Shown here: positions 36,659-49,856 of the stretch, in pieces | How positions within the stretch are numbered: position 1 is the stretch's first letter | Layout of the letters: every line of letters begins with the position of its first letter | Program-made: the position numbers and the translations under genes | Assembly: GCA_904063045.1 (NCBI GenBank) | Contig: CAJFCJ010000011.1 | Span: forward strand, 992,001 to 1,056,000 | Length of the DNA stretch: 64,000 nt | DNA from: Dimorphilus gyrociliatus | Taxonomy: Eukaryota; Animalia; Annelida | Reading direction: 5' to 3' | Notes under the pieces: model-generated | Seen by the model: only the letters and a program-made list of their open reading frames with translations | Told to the model about the DNA's origin: nothing | The model's database searches: none

Positions 36659-39266
36659 AAAAATAATAATAGCATTGTTGAATTTTCACAATATATTTAT
36701 TTCTATAAAACACAAAAGTTTTTCTTATATGAAGACAAAAATTAGGAATATAGAAATCGATGTTTTAAGAATCCAGATGTTCAAATAAAAGTGTCTACTG
36801 AAAATATCTTAAGAACAGGTGTTCCTTAGTTTTCACACATGTTTGAGTTTTCGATTTTTTAACTTGAAAAACACTCTTTGTGCTTTTATAAAACAAATGT
36901 CTGCTAGAATTAGATTCACTAAAATGCTACAACTACATTGAGAGGTAGACACAAAAGGGGACAGATTTGAAAGGAATAAAAGAGAGAAAGAGAGAGAGAG
37001 AGAAAAAAAGAAGTTTCGCAATAAAATAATATCTAATAAGGAGTTTTAATATAATTCGTCTTTTAATGAGTGAGATGATATACAAGCGAGCTTTTGATAT
37101 TATTAAATCATTGATTGCTCAGACCAGTAGATCTACTGATATATCATTAAAGAATGTTTGCTCAAATAGTGACAAGTAGATTCTCTGTCAATAAAAAACC
37201 GTTGCAAGTAAAGACGAGATTTTATTCATTATCTTTGACGTATACTTTAAAAATGTCTCATTTTACTTACTAAAACTAAGTTTATAAACGTAAGTGTCTA
37301 ACATTAATCTAAAAAACTACTCTTAATAAATGTATATTAAGCCATTTTATGTAAAAATGTTTGAAGCATTACTAAGGGATTATCATTCAATAAAAAATAT
37401 AGGAGAGGCCCACTAAAGATTTATAAAATGAGTAGATTATCTTAGTATAAATGCCAAATTGAATAAAATAATATGCGACCACTGCGCAAGAGTTTTTTTT
37501 CAAGCAACCAATCAATAAGAGAATTATAAATCATTGGGAGAGAAGGTGGTATTTTGCGCTATATTTTGTTTGTTTTGTTCGCCAAGTAGAGTGTATGTTT
37601 ACATTCTAACCGAATTTGTTTTGTTAGTTAGAAGACTGAAACTGGTTGGAAAACTTCTCTTATCATAAAAGAAAACTTTTAAAAATTAAAGTAAGTTTAT
37701 TAATAGATTAAACAATTTGTTCAAAAGCATTTTTTGAAATGTTCTACCTAGTTTTTTTAATATTTCTCTTCTATTTTTGAATTTATATCTTTAGTTTTTT
37801 TTCAAAAGTTTAAATTTTATTTTTATTACATTTAACTGAAAAAGTAATAAAGCCAACAAAACCTTTTATTATTAAAATTGCTTAATAGACAGACAATATA
37901 TTATAATCTATAAAAAATTTTTAGGCAAGAAAAAAGGATATAAGAAAGAAAAGAAAATGGCGCAAAATTGTCCAGGATACATGCTTGGAGCAACTAGAAA
38001 AAGGTTGATAATTTATATGCATTATACTTTTTATAATATTATCAAGAGTTTGCCTATCATTAAGTACTGAACACGTAAAGTAAACTACTAAAATATTATA
38101 ATCTTTCGCAAATTACTCAACGGAAAGGTTATTGAAATAAAATTTAGATAAAACGTTCATATTATATTCTGTAGTTAACGATAAAAATAATTTTCCCCGT
38201 TATTTAGATAATGTATTTCTAGATTATCAATAAGTAATTGGCCTCTAGCTTATTTTCTAGAACTTTGTTTATTATTTCATCATTTTTAACTATTCTATCT
38301 ATCAAATCATCATCCTCTTTTTTTAATCGATAAACAAACAGTTGCGATGAGAATTTAAACAGAAAATTGAAAATAAAAAGAACAAAATACAACGAGTTCT
38401 AATTAGTTAGTCAATTTTTAGTCTTTTGAATATTAACAAAGTTTATATACCATATAGATAATATAGATTTTTACATTTTTTATATATTTCTCTCAGTTAT
38501 GAAAGTTTTTTGATTGAATGTAACCATAATTCTCTATTGTTTTTATTTTTCCATTTTTTATCATGACACATTTAAACTATTAGCGAATTTTAAACAAAGC
38601 AAATGTAAAATATTATTAACAATAATACGAAGATAGATAAGCTAATTTTTTTTTTATTATTATGATATTATTCTAGTCAGCTAAGCTTGCCATTGATTAA
38701 CAATCACTTTCAACTTTATTCCGACATAAAAATGTATTAAGTAATATATAATATAGTTAATTTCCTGAAAGTTGTACTAATTATTAACCTAAGATCATTC
38801 TATTGAAATTTTAGTTTTTCCAATAGTTAATAATATTCTATAGATATAGATAAAAAAGTATATGTATACTGCATTAATCAATACACATTGAACTTGCTTA
38901 TAGGCCTAGACACGCTTTACACTTACCTCTCAGGCCTACGTAATCCAATTTCTTTTAAACGCCAAACAATAAAGTTTAACTATTGAAAAAGGATTAGGGA
39001 AGAAAGGTTTCGTGCGTAATTTTTATCACTTGATGGAGTCAAGTCAAAGGTCAAAGTATTGAAAGTTAATATGATAAGGGAAATTCCTTTCAAACAATAT
39101 AACATTGACTTTTTTTCTCTCTTCCATATTTGTATAATAGTTCTCGCTTAGCAACGAGGATTTCTGTTGACACATTCTTAGCCAATCTAGAAATTGTTTT
39201 CTTGTCTCTACTGAACGATATCGTGAGGCTTATCATCTACCGAATTGATAGTATACAAACGTTATT

Positions 39267-39816
39267 ATGTTTTACCCGGGAGAAAATCGTCCTACATCAG
39301 TAGGTTATAGATTGAAATCTCGTTCCAGTGAATTCCATCAGAATTGCACGCCGAAAGAGAGAAGGACTGTACAAATAAGAGAAGCGGAAAAACCTGTTAC
39401 TGAGGCTGAATTGTTGAAGGCGAACTTCGTTAATCAGGATAAGATTCATAGAGAGACTGTAGACCAAGAGAAAAGGGGCGCTAAACAATGGTAATTAATT
39501 AATATAAAGTTAATTTTAAGTAATATCTAATGTAAAATTAAGAATGCTAATTTATTTATTTATTACTCATATCCTATAAAACAGGGAAGAAAATTGGGGT
39601 TTCCTAACAGAATTCGATTCGAAAGGGAATCCAATAAAGAAAGAAGAATTGCCAGATAAGGTTACATTCTACTCTGAAGATATTCCACCCACTAACTCGG
39701 CCAATTATGGATCAAGACTGAAAACCGATGTTGGGACAACCGTTCAAAAATTAGAGTTCGCTTTTCACGCTCACAATAGAAAGAAAAAACTTGATTCCGA
39801 AATGGTCTGCTATTAA
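39267..39816 (+). CDS. CIMIP5: C2orf50 / ciliary microtubule inner protein 5-like
   Basis: Exons 39267-39490 and 39585-39816. Motifs RPTSVGYRL, QDKIHRE..EKRGAKQWEENWGFL..D..GN, YGSRL, RKKKL match C2orf50 as recalled. Confidence 0.8.
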
Positions 39817-40357
39817 AAGCACAGTTTATTAGATAGTAAATGTTACTTTATGCTTGAATAAGAAGGCGTATTCTACTTATATAAATCCCTATTAGGATGT
39901 CATAAACTTTTTATCATATCTATCAATAATAAGTAATTGCCCAATGCTTTATAAGTAATACAACAATCTCGCTAGTTTAATTGTCATCATTAATATTAAA
40001 ATTGTGTTAATATATCAATTAAACAACGTTGGATGAATTATTTTGTGCAGAAAACCTGGAAAGAGCTATTATATTATATGTATAGTCGATAATGGTCCTA
40101 CTACTGATATTTTAAAGTACTATGCTGTAATGAATGTAAATAGTATATGTTGATGTTCTTTCTCTAAAAATAAAAACAGATGTTGAAATAGTTCGAAACA
40201 ATAAATAGCTCTTGTTCATGTACACTGGCTGTATAATTACAAATGAATCAAAATGGTAGAAATAATCAAATTATTCTAAATTCTATCTCTGACTGCCATA
40301 CTCACTCTCTTCTTCGTAACTATTTCATTTATATTTTAAATTGAGCAACATCAAAAC

Positions 40358-43300
40358 ATGGGAGGTGCAAAAAAATTTTCTGCCGAAAGTAAAAAATTTG
40401 CAGATGAAACGTCATTTCATGGAATACGTTACCTGTCTTCAAAAGATATTAACATCTTTCGAAAGTAAGTAACACTTTTAATATATAATTATTTCTTATT
40501 CTATTAAAGTTTTTAATTAATTCTAGAATAATATGGCTTCTAATAGTTCTCTGTTGTTTTACTGTTTTTGTGTACGTTATGGTAATTAGATTAAAACGGT
40601 ATTATACTTATCCGAAAACAGTTAATGTTGAAGTTAATTTCGTGAACGAGCTACCGTTTCCTAAAATGGTCATTTGCAATACTAATTTATTCAAATCCTC
40701 TTCTCTAGCTGAGAGTGGATTATATGATGTAATTCAAGACAGCTTAGTAAATCCCAATGACGATGATGTAGCTAAAAAAGGTTGTAGTTTATCTTATCAA
40801 CAATCAATTTTCTTATCAAATATATGGATTTTATAGCATGTAATACCTTTACGTATTATCGTCAGTGTTTACCTGACACTTTTTTTTTCAACGACACTGT
40901 GATGTCGAGAACTACAAGCTTCAAAGTAGTATCGCTAACATCATGCCAAAGTCTGTGTAACGGTTTATACAGCTCAACTTGTACAAGCGTCATTTATCAT
41001 AAAATTAATAGAATATGCTATCTGACCCAACTCGACGTCTCACAGAACATTTCACAATTTCTTTCATATAGTAATAAATGTTCTTTTGAATATTATTTTT
41101 TCCGCCGAAAGAGATGCTTAGGTGATATTTAAATTAACATAATTCCATTCATAAACCTTATAATCTGCTTTTTTTCTGAAAAAAAAATACAGTGCAAAGC
41201 GTTCGCTGCAACCGTAAAACAGATAAATGTGAATTAACAACGAGTCATATATGGGATAACATTGTACATCCAGATATCTCTGCTACTAACAGAATCGGTA
41301 AAACTACTTTTAAAAGCTTTAAATAATCTGATCATTGCTTTTTTTTAAATATAATTAGCCAATAGTTACTTTGAATTAGTTCAACACAGGATAAATGTTA
41401 ACCCAAAAGCCTATCTAATTACTCCTTTTATCGATATGAGAAATAAATGTTTAAGATTTTTCTTTAAATACTCTGCACAGACTGAAAGTATCTTTTCGGA
41501 CGAGTCAAGCTTTACTGTAAACATTAAATAATATTTGATAATGAGCATAGTTTTAATTTATGATTATCTTTCAAAGACTTATCTTGCCTCTGAAATCGGA
41601 AGTGAAATTAACATATCTTATTTTAGGATTACTAAAGGTTACCAACTTTCTTTTAAATAGTATAGTCGTCTTTTTAACAAAAGAATTCTTTTTTAAATAC
41701 AAACTCCCTAATTTTGTAGAATATCAAAATGATCGTTTTAATGTATTTTTTCTAAATCTATACGAGAGTTTGAAAGATTTGGAGCAGTTGATATTTAAAC
41801 TTCGCATTGAAATAAATTTAAAATTACCGGGTTTAAAGATCACTTTTGGTGAACTCTTAATACAAAATTGCGACAAATTTCGTAAGAATATTTCGGATTA
41901 AAAATTATCTGGAACTTATATATTTTTCATTCGAAATAGTTGATAATTGTAAGACGACGACAGAAGGTTTTCTTTATGCTGGCAATAATGATAAATCAAT
42001 TTCTGGTAAAAGCTGCTATCCAATTACCAAAAAGTAAGTTTTTTTGAAGAGTTTAATATCTTTAATTGAGCTCGTAATTTAATTCAAACCATAATTCTTT
42101 CTTAGTTTATTAATAGAAGACACAACTTTACCATATGGAACTCATTGCATTAATAATGGTGCAGAAAAATTGCCGATTTGTCTAGTTTCCTATAATAACT
42201 CTGGTATAGTATTAACTTTATATGTTTAGTTATTGACAAACAATTGAATCTTCGATTTCACAAGATGACAAATTAGCCCAATTTGAAAGATATGAGTATT
42301 GTGACATATCCTTTTGTGGTGAGACATTCAATAGGTAACTTTTTAAAAAAAAAGAATAAAGCCATATTTTAAAGCCTGTAAAGAAGAAGAATTTCAATGC
42401 GAAAATAAGAAATGTATACCTAAGTTTTTAACCTGTAATGGCGTTAACGATTGCGAGTCAGGATCGGACGAATCAAATAACTGTGGTATGTCGATAATAT
42501 GTGCTATTCAACTTTCCCGAAAACTAATATTTTATATCTCTAAAGAACGTCTTCAAAATATCGAATGTAACTTTGAAAAATCATATATGTGCGGATATAT
42601 CACATTATATGCTCTTTCTGCTACTCGGATTGTTCTGCAAAGTGGTGGATCACCCAACTCTCTGAATCGTATCGGCCCTCTAGCTGACCATACTTTTAAA
42701 AGTGACTTTGGTCATTATGGCCTATTCGATTCAACTCTTTTGCCTAAAGGAAGCCGTTTAGTAATTAAAAGTCCAAAACATTTTGTCCATGATAGAGACA
42801 ATTGTTTGAGAATAATGGTAACGTTACCGTATAGTGAAGAAAACATATTCTCTCCCTATGGCATAAGAGTATTACTAATTGATGCAAAAGGTTCGATATC
42901 TCATCTAATATTTCAAAATTTAGAAAGAAAACAGACCTTATCTTTTCATCAGCTTCAGATTCTTTTTATTATTCTCAAGTGGGAAATTTTCACAATATAA
43001 CTTATAACAAATGGACGGCCATTGATATACCTATCACTACTATAAGAAAGGATATCGCCTTCCAAATAGAATTTACTTCTTATAGAATGAATTTATCAGA
43101 TATAGGTATTGATGATATAAAAATTCATTCTTCATCATGTGCATTTGCTCACAGCAATATAAACATAGAGCAAACACTTGATTGTCAATCAGATAAGGTA
43201 TTTAAATGTGAAAGACCTTTAAAGACATGTATTGATAAAAAATACATGTGTGATGGAATTGCTCATTGTATAGATGAATCAGATGAATTTAATGAAATAT

Positions 43301-46300
43301 GTGGTAATTATTATATCTGATAAATAAAAATTAATAGATAATATATTAATTTCAATAGAAACTCAAAAGAATATTTCCTGCACCTTTGGTGATTCTAGTT
43401 CGTATTTATGCGGATATAGACAGAGATCATCATATATGGGCTATAGATGGGAAAAATCTGATGAAATATTAAAATTCAATCCATTCGAAATAACCGGAAA
43501 TGGAAAACCAAAAACTGTTAAAGCTGCTCTTATTTCTCCTCGTCAAAATTTCTCTTCAGGAGATTATTGCGTTGAATTTACATATGAGAGTAATACTCTT
43601 CTTTCACTTTACAAGGAAACTGACTTAGATACTATGCTACTATTTAAACTAAATCAAGAGTATGGATTTTTCAAAATGGACTCTGTTGAATTTACAGTTG
43701 ATCATACTCTTTCCCTTAACCTTGTTTTCCTAATAGAAGCTGATGATATTGAAAGAAAAAAGCCTCTCTCCAGTTTTAAATCAATCGACATTTTCAACAC
43801 CAAATGTTCAATTGTCTTCTATAGGAAGTGTAATTATCTTTCCAAGTTTTTTGGATACATAAATTTATACGCTATACTAATTAATTCTATTATTATTAGT
43901 CAGTAACATCTTGTTACACAACCCTCTAAATTGCACATTTATGAATATGAGTGATTGCCATTTTCAAGATGTATCTTCAGGCGTTAATAAGTGGAATCAT
44001 ATCTGTAATAAAATATGCCACTTAGAAGGTTACCTTGACCACCATAGAAATTCAATCAAAGTTGCTTTTATACTAAAGAAATATGATTCATCTTGCATAA
44101 AAATCAAACTCTATTCAAAAATTTTGGAAAAAATTTCTTTTATTAAAGAGCCTATAGGCGAATTTGGCCTTGAAATTAATACTCTTAACCTTAATACCTC
44201 AAGTAATAAGACTAAGAAATTTCTTGTTTTGAGGTATACAAATATACAATATCATAAAAACTGTTCTTTAACTTTTACTTCTCAAATAATTAGGTATTCG
44301 ACATCGTATACTCTATTCATTCCAGCAAATAACACTCAAAATGGGCTTACTATTGAAGCTTTTGTCAATGGATCAGTTGGCGAAGTTTTCATTGAACACA
44401 TTGAACAGATAGAAGGCATTTGTACGTTTCACTCTTTTAATGTTCAACGATATTGATTAAAATAATTATTTTATACAAATAACAACTTTCAAATTAATTG
44501 CATAACTAGCACAAAATACTAAATCTTCTAAAAAAATAGGCGAAGCGGAAAATCCACCTTCAGTCGTTTTTAGAGCTTACCCACCCCCTGCTACATCAAT
44601 TGCACTCCCTTACTATTTGAATAAACTAAAATATAATGTAAATAGTACTATGAGTTTAAAGCCAAGCTCTAAAAAAGAAATGAGAGAAGACTTCCTGCAA
44701 ACAATAACTTTGGAAACATTTAGTGAGACTTTTAATCACAACAGAACTTCATCTCTATTACAGTTTGTTTCATTACATTAAGCCTGCAAAAAATATTATT
44801 TTAGTTTGTTGTTTTCATAGTTGTTCTTGGAAGGGTAAACCATGTCAAGAAAACATGATACAAACGCATTTTTCGAATATAGGAGACTGCTTTACATTTA
44901 ATTATCAACATAATTTCATGGTTTATCAAGCTGGAACAGGACATGGTTTAAAATTATTAGTTGACATAGAAACGTACGATTTTCTTCCAAATATTAAAAC
45001 GCAAATGGGTATAATTGTATCAGCGATTCCCCTTGATGATATTCACTTAATTCAAGATAAAGGCTATGCAATTTTAACTGGAACAAATTCACTTCTTAAA
45101 ATTAAGATAGATGAAGTAAGAATTGTTCTAATATATTTAGACGTAGTAATAATAACAATTATCTTTATGATTCTTTTCAAGATACAAAGTCTTTCTGAAC
45201 CTTACGGAAGTTGTACCGACAAACACTTACAGTACTACTTAAACTCTACATATACATCAAATAAGTGTGTGACACAATGCCATACACAAATGATAGAAGA
45301 AGCGTGCGATTGTAAACCTTCATATGTTTCTGGTTCTAAACGAGATTGTAATTTACTAGAATATCTACTGTGCATTTATCCTCTTATTGGTTTGTTTTTA
45401 TTATTAAAAGACGTTGACAAATGAACATTAAACTTTTTACCTTAGAGAAGAGAGTAAAACCAACATATTGCAAATGTTCTAGTCCATGTAAAACAACAGT
45501 GTATGGAATGGAGTTGTCATCATTAAGTTTAACTTCAGATAACCTTCGTCTCTTGCTGGACGATAAACTTAATTTTGTCCAGAGAAAGTACTCCAATGCT
45601 ATAAACATCAAGTTTAGATTTACGCCGAAATTATTCAATTCAACGATAACGTCGTTTTCATTATTAACTACATATCTTGATAAGAATGATGAGTATATAA
45701 ATAAAAAGCTGAAAAAGGAATATTCTCCCTTTTATCTGGCTGTAGAAAGTTTTTTTGTAATTCTCGAGCCCATCAAATATGATATAACAGAGAAGCTATG
45801 GGATTATAGTAGTATATATATATATATATATATCTTTTTTTGTTTATTTTTATTTATTACATAGTATTCTTTAAAAATATAAATTTCTTTCATTCAGCTT
45901 TCATCGAACAGAAATATCTAAATATGATCGACAAGCCAATCTTTTTAGTAATTCAAAGTTGTTCTACAACTCTTGAAAGTTTATTGTTCATTAAAAGAGA
46001 ACTTTTGAAAAATTCATATGCTTTAACTGAAGATTTTAACTTGAACACTCAGGATATTTATAACAATTTATTACGAGTAATCAAAGTTATATCTGGATTC
46101 AGTACAGATGTAAACGAAGAAATAGTAAATGCCACTGAATTTGACTTTACGTTGTCCTACATTAACGATCAGAGAGTTAAGTTTTTTTCTATCTACTATG
46201 ATGTTGGATTTGTTTTGAATCGACGTTGTTATGATGATTTAGTTCATTTATCGAGCAATTTAACACGTTTTATCAGAATTATTGAACAATTGGACAAACA

Positions 46301-47516
46301 AAATAGTACAGAAAATATTTCGTTACTTGAGAATTCAATTGACTTGGGTGTTTCAAATCTATATAAATTTCTTACATGTCTTAATGGTTTGAAAGATGCC
46401 ATTGGACCTTTTGAAAATGGTAAACGTCAATATAAAACTAATCTTGAACAACTTGAAAACAGTTTGCGATCCTCTCTCACCATAAACGATGAACTGGGTA
46501 AAACCATTCAGAACTTGCGATTAGAAAGTACAAAATACAATGATATGAAAGAAAAGTTTGAAAATAATGTAATAACTATAGCAGAATTGGCTAATTCTTT
46601 GACATCCACTGATTATAAATCAATTAGAAAAAGGCTAAATGAATTCGAAAACGGTGTTACAAAAGTTCTTGTAGAGCCTTTCCTAACAGAAGTTGATCGA
46701 TCCATAGAAAGAGCAGTTGTCTTGTATACTTTTTCAATGACAGCTGTAAATGAACTTTTAATTAATTTGGATATTAACCATACGTCGTCAGATGCTATTA
46801 ATGTCTACAAAAACATAAGAAGTTTTAATATATGGCGCAATCCAAAGTTAGATACTAAACTAAGTTTGGAAGTTCAGTGGCAGGATCCAGATCCCTTCAT
46901 TTCAAGAATTTGGCCGTCGTCACAGAGTTTAGATGAATTCTTATCAGAAAAAGGATCAGCTATTAAGGAAATTAAGAATCTTATACAGAATTTCATGAAA
47001 GAAGCCCTTCGAAAGGTCTGTTGATGAAGAATCAATTTTTATTCTAAATGACCAAAAATCAATTTTAATAAAGGTGGTTGATATCGAAAATGTAGTTGTG
47101 GAAAATACACAAAAGATTAGAGATGTTTTAGATGAATTAGATAACATATTGGCTGCCTATACCCAAGCATCACAAATTGATGATGATTTTATTCGGTTAA
47201 ATATGTTTATCAATAGAAATCAATTGAATGTTATCTTATATTCGTATTTCAGAAAAAATATTGTAGAATTGGAAATTTACTATCCTTCTCTTCAACTTGA
47301 ATCAATAAGTCAAAGAAAGGCTTACGAAATTGAAGACTATTTCGGTAATTTATATAAAAAACTTATATAAAAAATAATAAGTCATAGTTTTCTATCAAAG
47401 GTGATGTTGGTTCATATATGGGTTTGCTACTAGGAGCAAGTGTCATAACTGCACTGGAATTTGTAGACTTTTTACTCTCGGCTCTTTGTAGAAGATCATG
47501 CAAGAAGATTACTTAA
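40358..47516 (+). CDS. DEG/ENaC (ASIC-like) channel with large ectodomain insertions
   Basis: TSFHGIRY (HG motif), TM1, FPKMVICNTN, CSWKG..C, GDCFTFN, GLKLLVD, Cys-rich thumb, KNIVELEIYY, TM2 GDVGSYMGLLLGASV, stop at 47514-47516. Many GT-AG introns; some internal exon boundaries are approximate. Confidence 0.9.
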
Positions 47517-48193
47517 CCTTAAATACATAAGAATCTTTTCTATTCCTTTCAAAACTGTAAACATAAATGTTCACAGAAAATATCATCTTATTAAATAACG
47601 ATTAAAAGATATCCTCCATTTGATAAGCTAATTTCTCAGACAATTTATCAGTTATAAGATTAGACGTTTACTAATTAGCTAATTCTTTTATCACAACAGA
47701 AGGCTTACATGGTTTTTTAATTAATATTTCTCATCTTTATAGGGATTTATAAAAATTTACAGTGTAGACTAATAGCCATAATTAGTATAAAAGTAAGGCA
47801 CGTAGGTGACGTTTATCCCTTCCTAACTAGGAACAATTTGGCTTAATAACAATCTAATAGAGCATAATTAACAATGACTGACAGAATGGAGAAAGTGTCT
47901 GCAGAAAAAAAAACAAATAAAATGTTTCTCACAATGCATTAATAAAGTTAATATAGAATCCATTAAATATTTACTTTGAATAATACGGTTGTACCGTTTA
48001 ATGGCATCTTAAGAAAATGAATAAATGATCTAAAAGTAGACATTGGACTAGTGCTATAACTATTTTCACCTGAGTTGCATACAATATGCTAATCTATAAT
48101 GTAAGATTAGTTTATAGATTGCAAAAAATATACTTGAAGACAAATTTCATAGGTATAAATTTATGTAGTCATTACAATGAAATATACTCTATT

Positions 48194-49309
48194 CTAGAGT
48201 TTAGAATTTTTTAGCTTATGGGGAAATTTATAAGAAATTTCAAAAGGATTGATATAGATAACAGCACCATTATTGTTCTGGGCTTCTAAGGCTTTCAAAA
48301 ATACATCAGCAACCGTTGAAACCCTTAGAAAAAGAAAAAATTGTGATTAATTTTAAATACTATATAATGATCTTAACTTACTTCAATACTCCCAGAGACT
48401 CTACGTCTTTCTTTATTGTCTTATAATTTTCACTGGCTTTGAGTTCCTTTAAAAAACCCTCTGAATCGGCAAATGAGGGACATAAACATAAAACTTTCAT
48501 CTTATCGCTATCAATGCTATCCTGAAAGATAGAAAGCAAATTTCAGGAATATATTTTTGTTTAAAACACAGACTGCTATAGATCTGGAATATCCAACGAC
48601 GCCGTACTTCGACGCTGAATAGACTGGATTTTCAGACATAGGAAAAAGTCCTAAAAATGAAAAGTATATACTCCAATATTACAATGACATTTAGGAAACA
48701 AACCTCCTGCAGAGCTTATATTAACAATTGCAGTTTGTTCATCTTGCTGCTTAAGGATTGGCAAAGCTTTCTTTGAAAAGTTTATTACCGCTTTCTGTAA
48801 TTATAAAATAGAAATAGTTCATTTTTTATACTAAGTTCTTTAATAATTTTACCCACCAAATTTACGTCAAGAGTCTTCATCCAATTAGTTTCGGTAAGAT
48901 AACCAGCATTATTAACAAGAATATTAAGTTTCTTATAAGTTTCTAATGTTTTCTTTAATGCGTCTGTTATAAATATGCAATAAAAAATTCGGTTATACTT
49001 GATTGATTATTGACCAAATTGTAATTACTATCAATATCAGCCGATTTTGTTACGTCACATCTGATAAACATTGCCGATCCATCTCCATATAAATTATTAA
49101 GTTCATTTGCAGTCTTTGAACCAGTTGTGGAGTCAATTTCACAAATGACAACCTTTAGGTTAACAAGAAGAAACAATAATTTAAAATGTCTCTTAGGGAA
49201 TTTTCAAAGTGCTTACTTTACAATTTTTTTCTAAAAGTCTTTCAGCAAATGCCCTTCCAAATCCCCGACCTGCACCAGTTATCAAAGCAACTGCCCCTCT
49301 TATATTCAT
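48194..49309 (-). CDS. HPGD: 15-hydroxyprostaglandin dehydrogenase-like short-chain dehydrogenase (about 253 aa)
   Basis: Exons 49309-49217, 49152-49029, 48963-48857, 48794-48704, 48650-48574, 48521-48382, 48323-48194. TGAGRGFG, CDVT, NNAG, NISS and YSASK catalytic motif; ends KNSKL*. Confidence 0.85.
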
Positions 49310-49594
49310 GATTGACTCTATTCAGCTCTTTGATATAAAACTAATATCAAAGATCACTTGCTTATTGATATGGACATCGTGATAAAAAGCTATCTTTTTT
49401 TTTAGCTATTTTCGTATTTGCAAATCAAAAAATGGCGGCAACTTGATATTTACGTTAAACGCCTCTCATAAGGAATTTATCTAATTACTATAATTATTAT
49501 TTATTTGGTTAACTGGAACGAAAATTCTTTACAAATATGAAGTTTGCCATAGTAACAGTAGTCTTACTTTCATTCATCATGCAAGACAAGAATT

Positions 49595-49610
49595 AATATA
49601 GATGGCGCCA
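49595..49610 (+). promoter_or_regulatory. CTCF-like motif in the divergent HPGD/RRM promoter
   Basis: ATAGATGGCGCCA; a YY1-like AAAATGGCGGC lies at about 49430-49440. Confidence 0.45.
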
Positions 49611-49856
49611 GTGGTTTTTTTTTAAGTTTTCCGAATCGCTTTGTACACGTAGAAACAAAGACACCGATATAACACGTTATTATATATTTTAATCTATAAG
49701 GAAAATTTTACAGGTAAATTTTTCAGAGATTCCATAAATCCGATACTATTTGATTCGATTACAGAAAAAATTTTCCCTCGATCCACTTGGAGCTGACGGC
49801 GTTGTCTGACACACTTGAGCGATAATACCGTATTAATACAATCCAGCTAATACATC

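Noticed and set aside
37957-38000. Short ATG exon MAQNCPGYMLGATRK as an alternative start of CIMIP5
   Set aside because: CIMIP5 already has its conserved N-terminus at 39267, and no in-frame acceptor partner was found.
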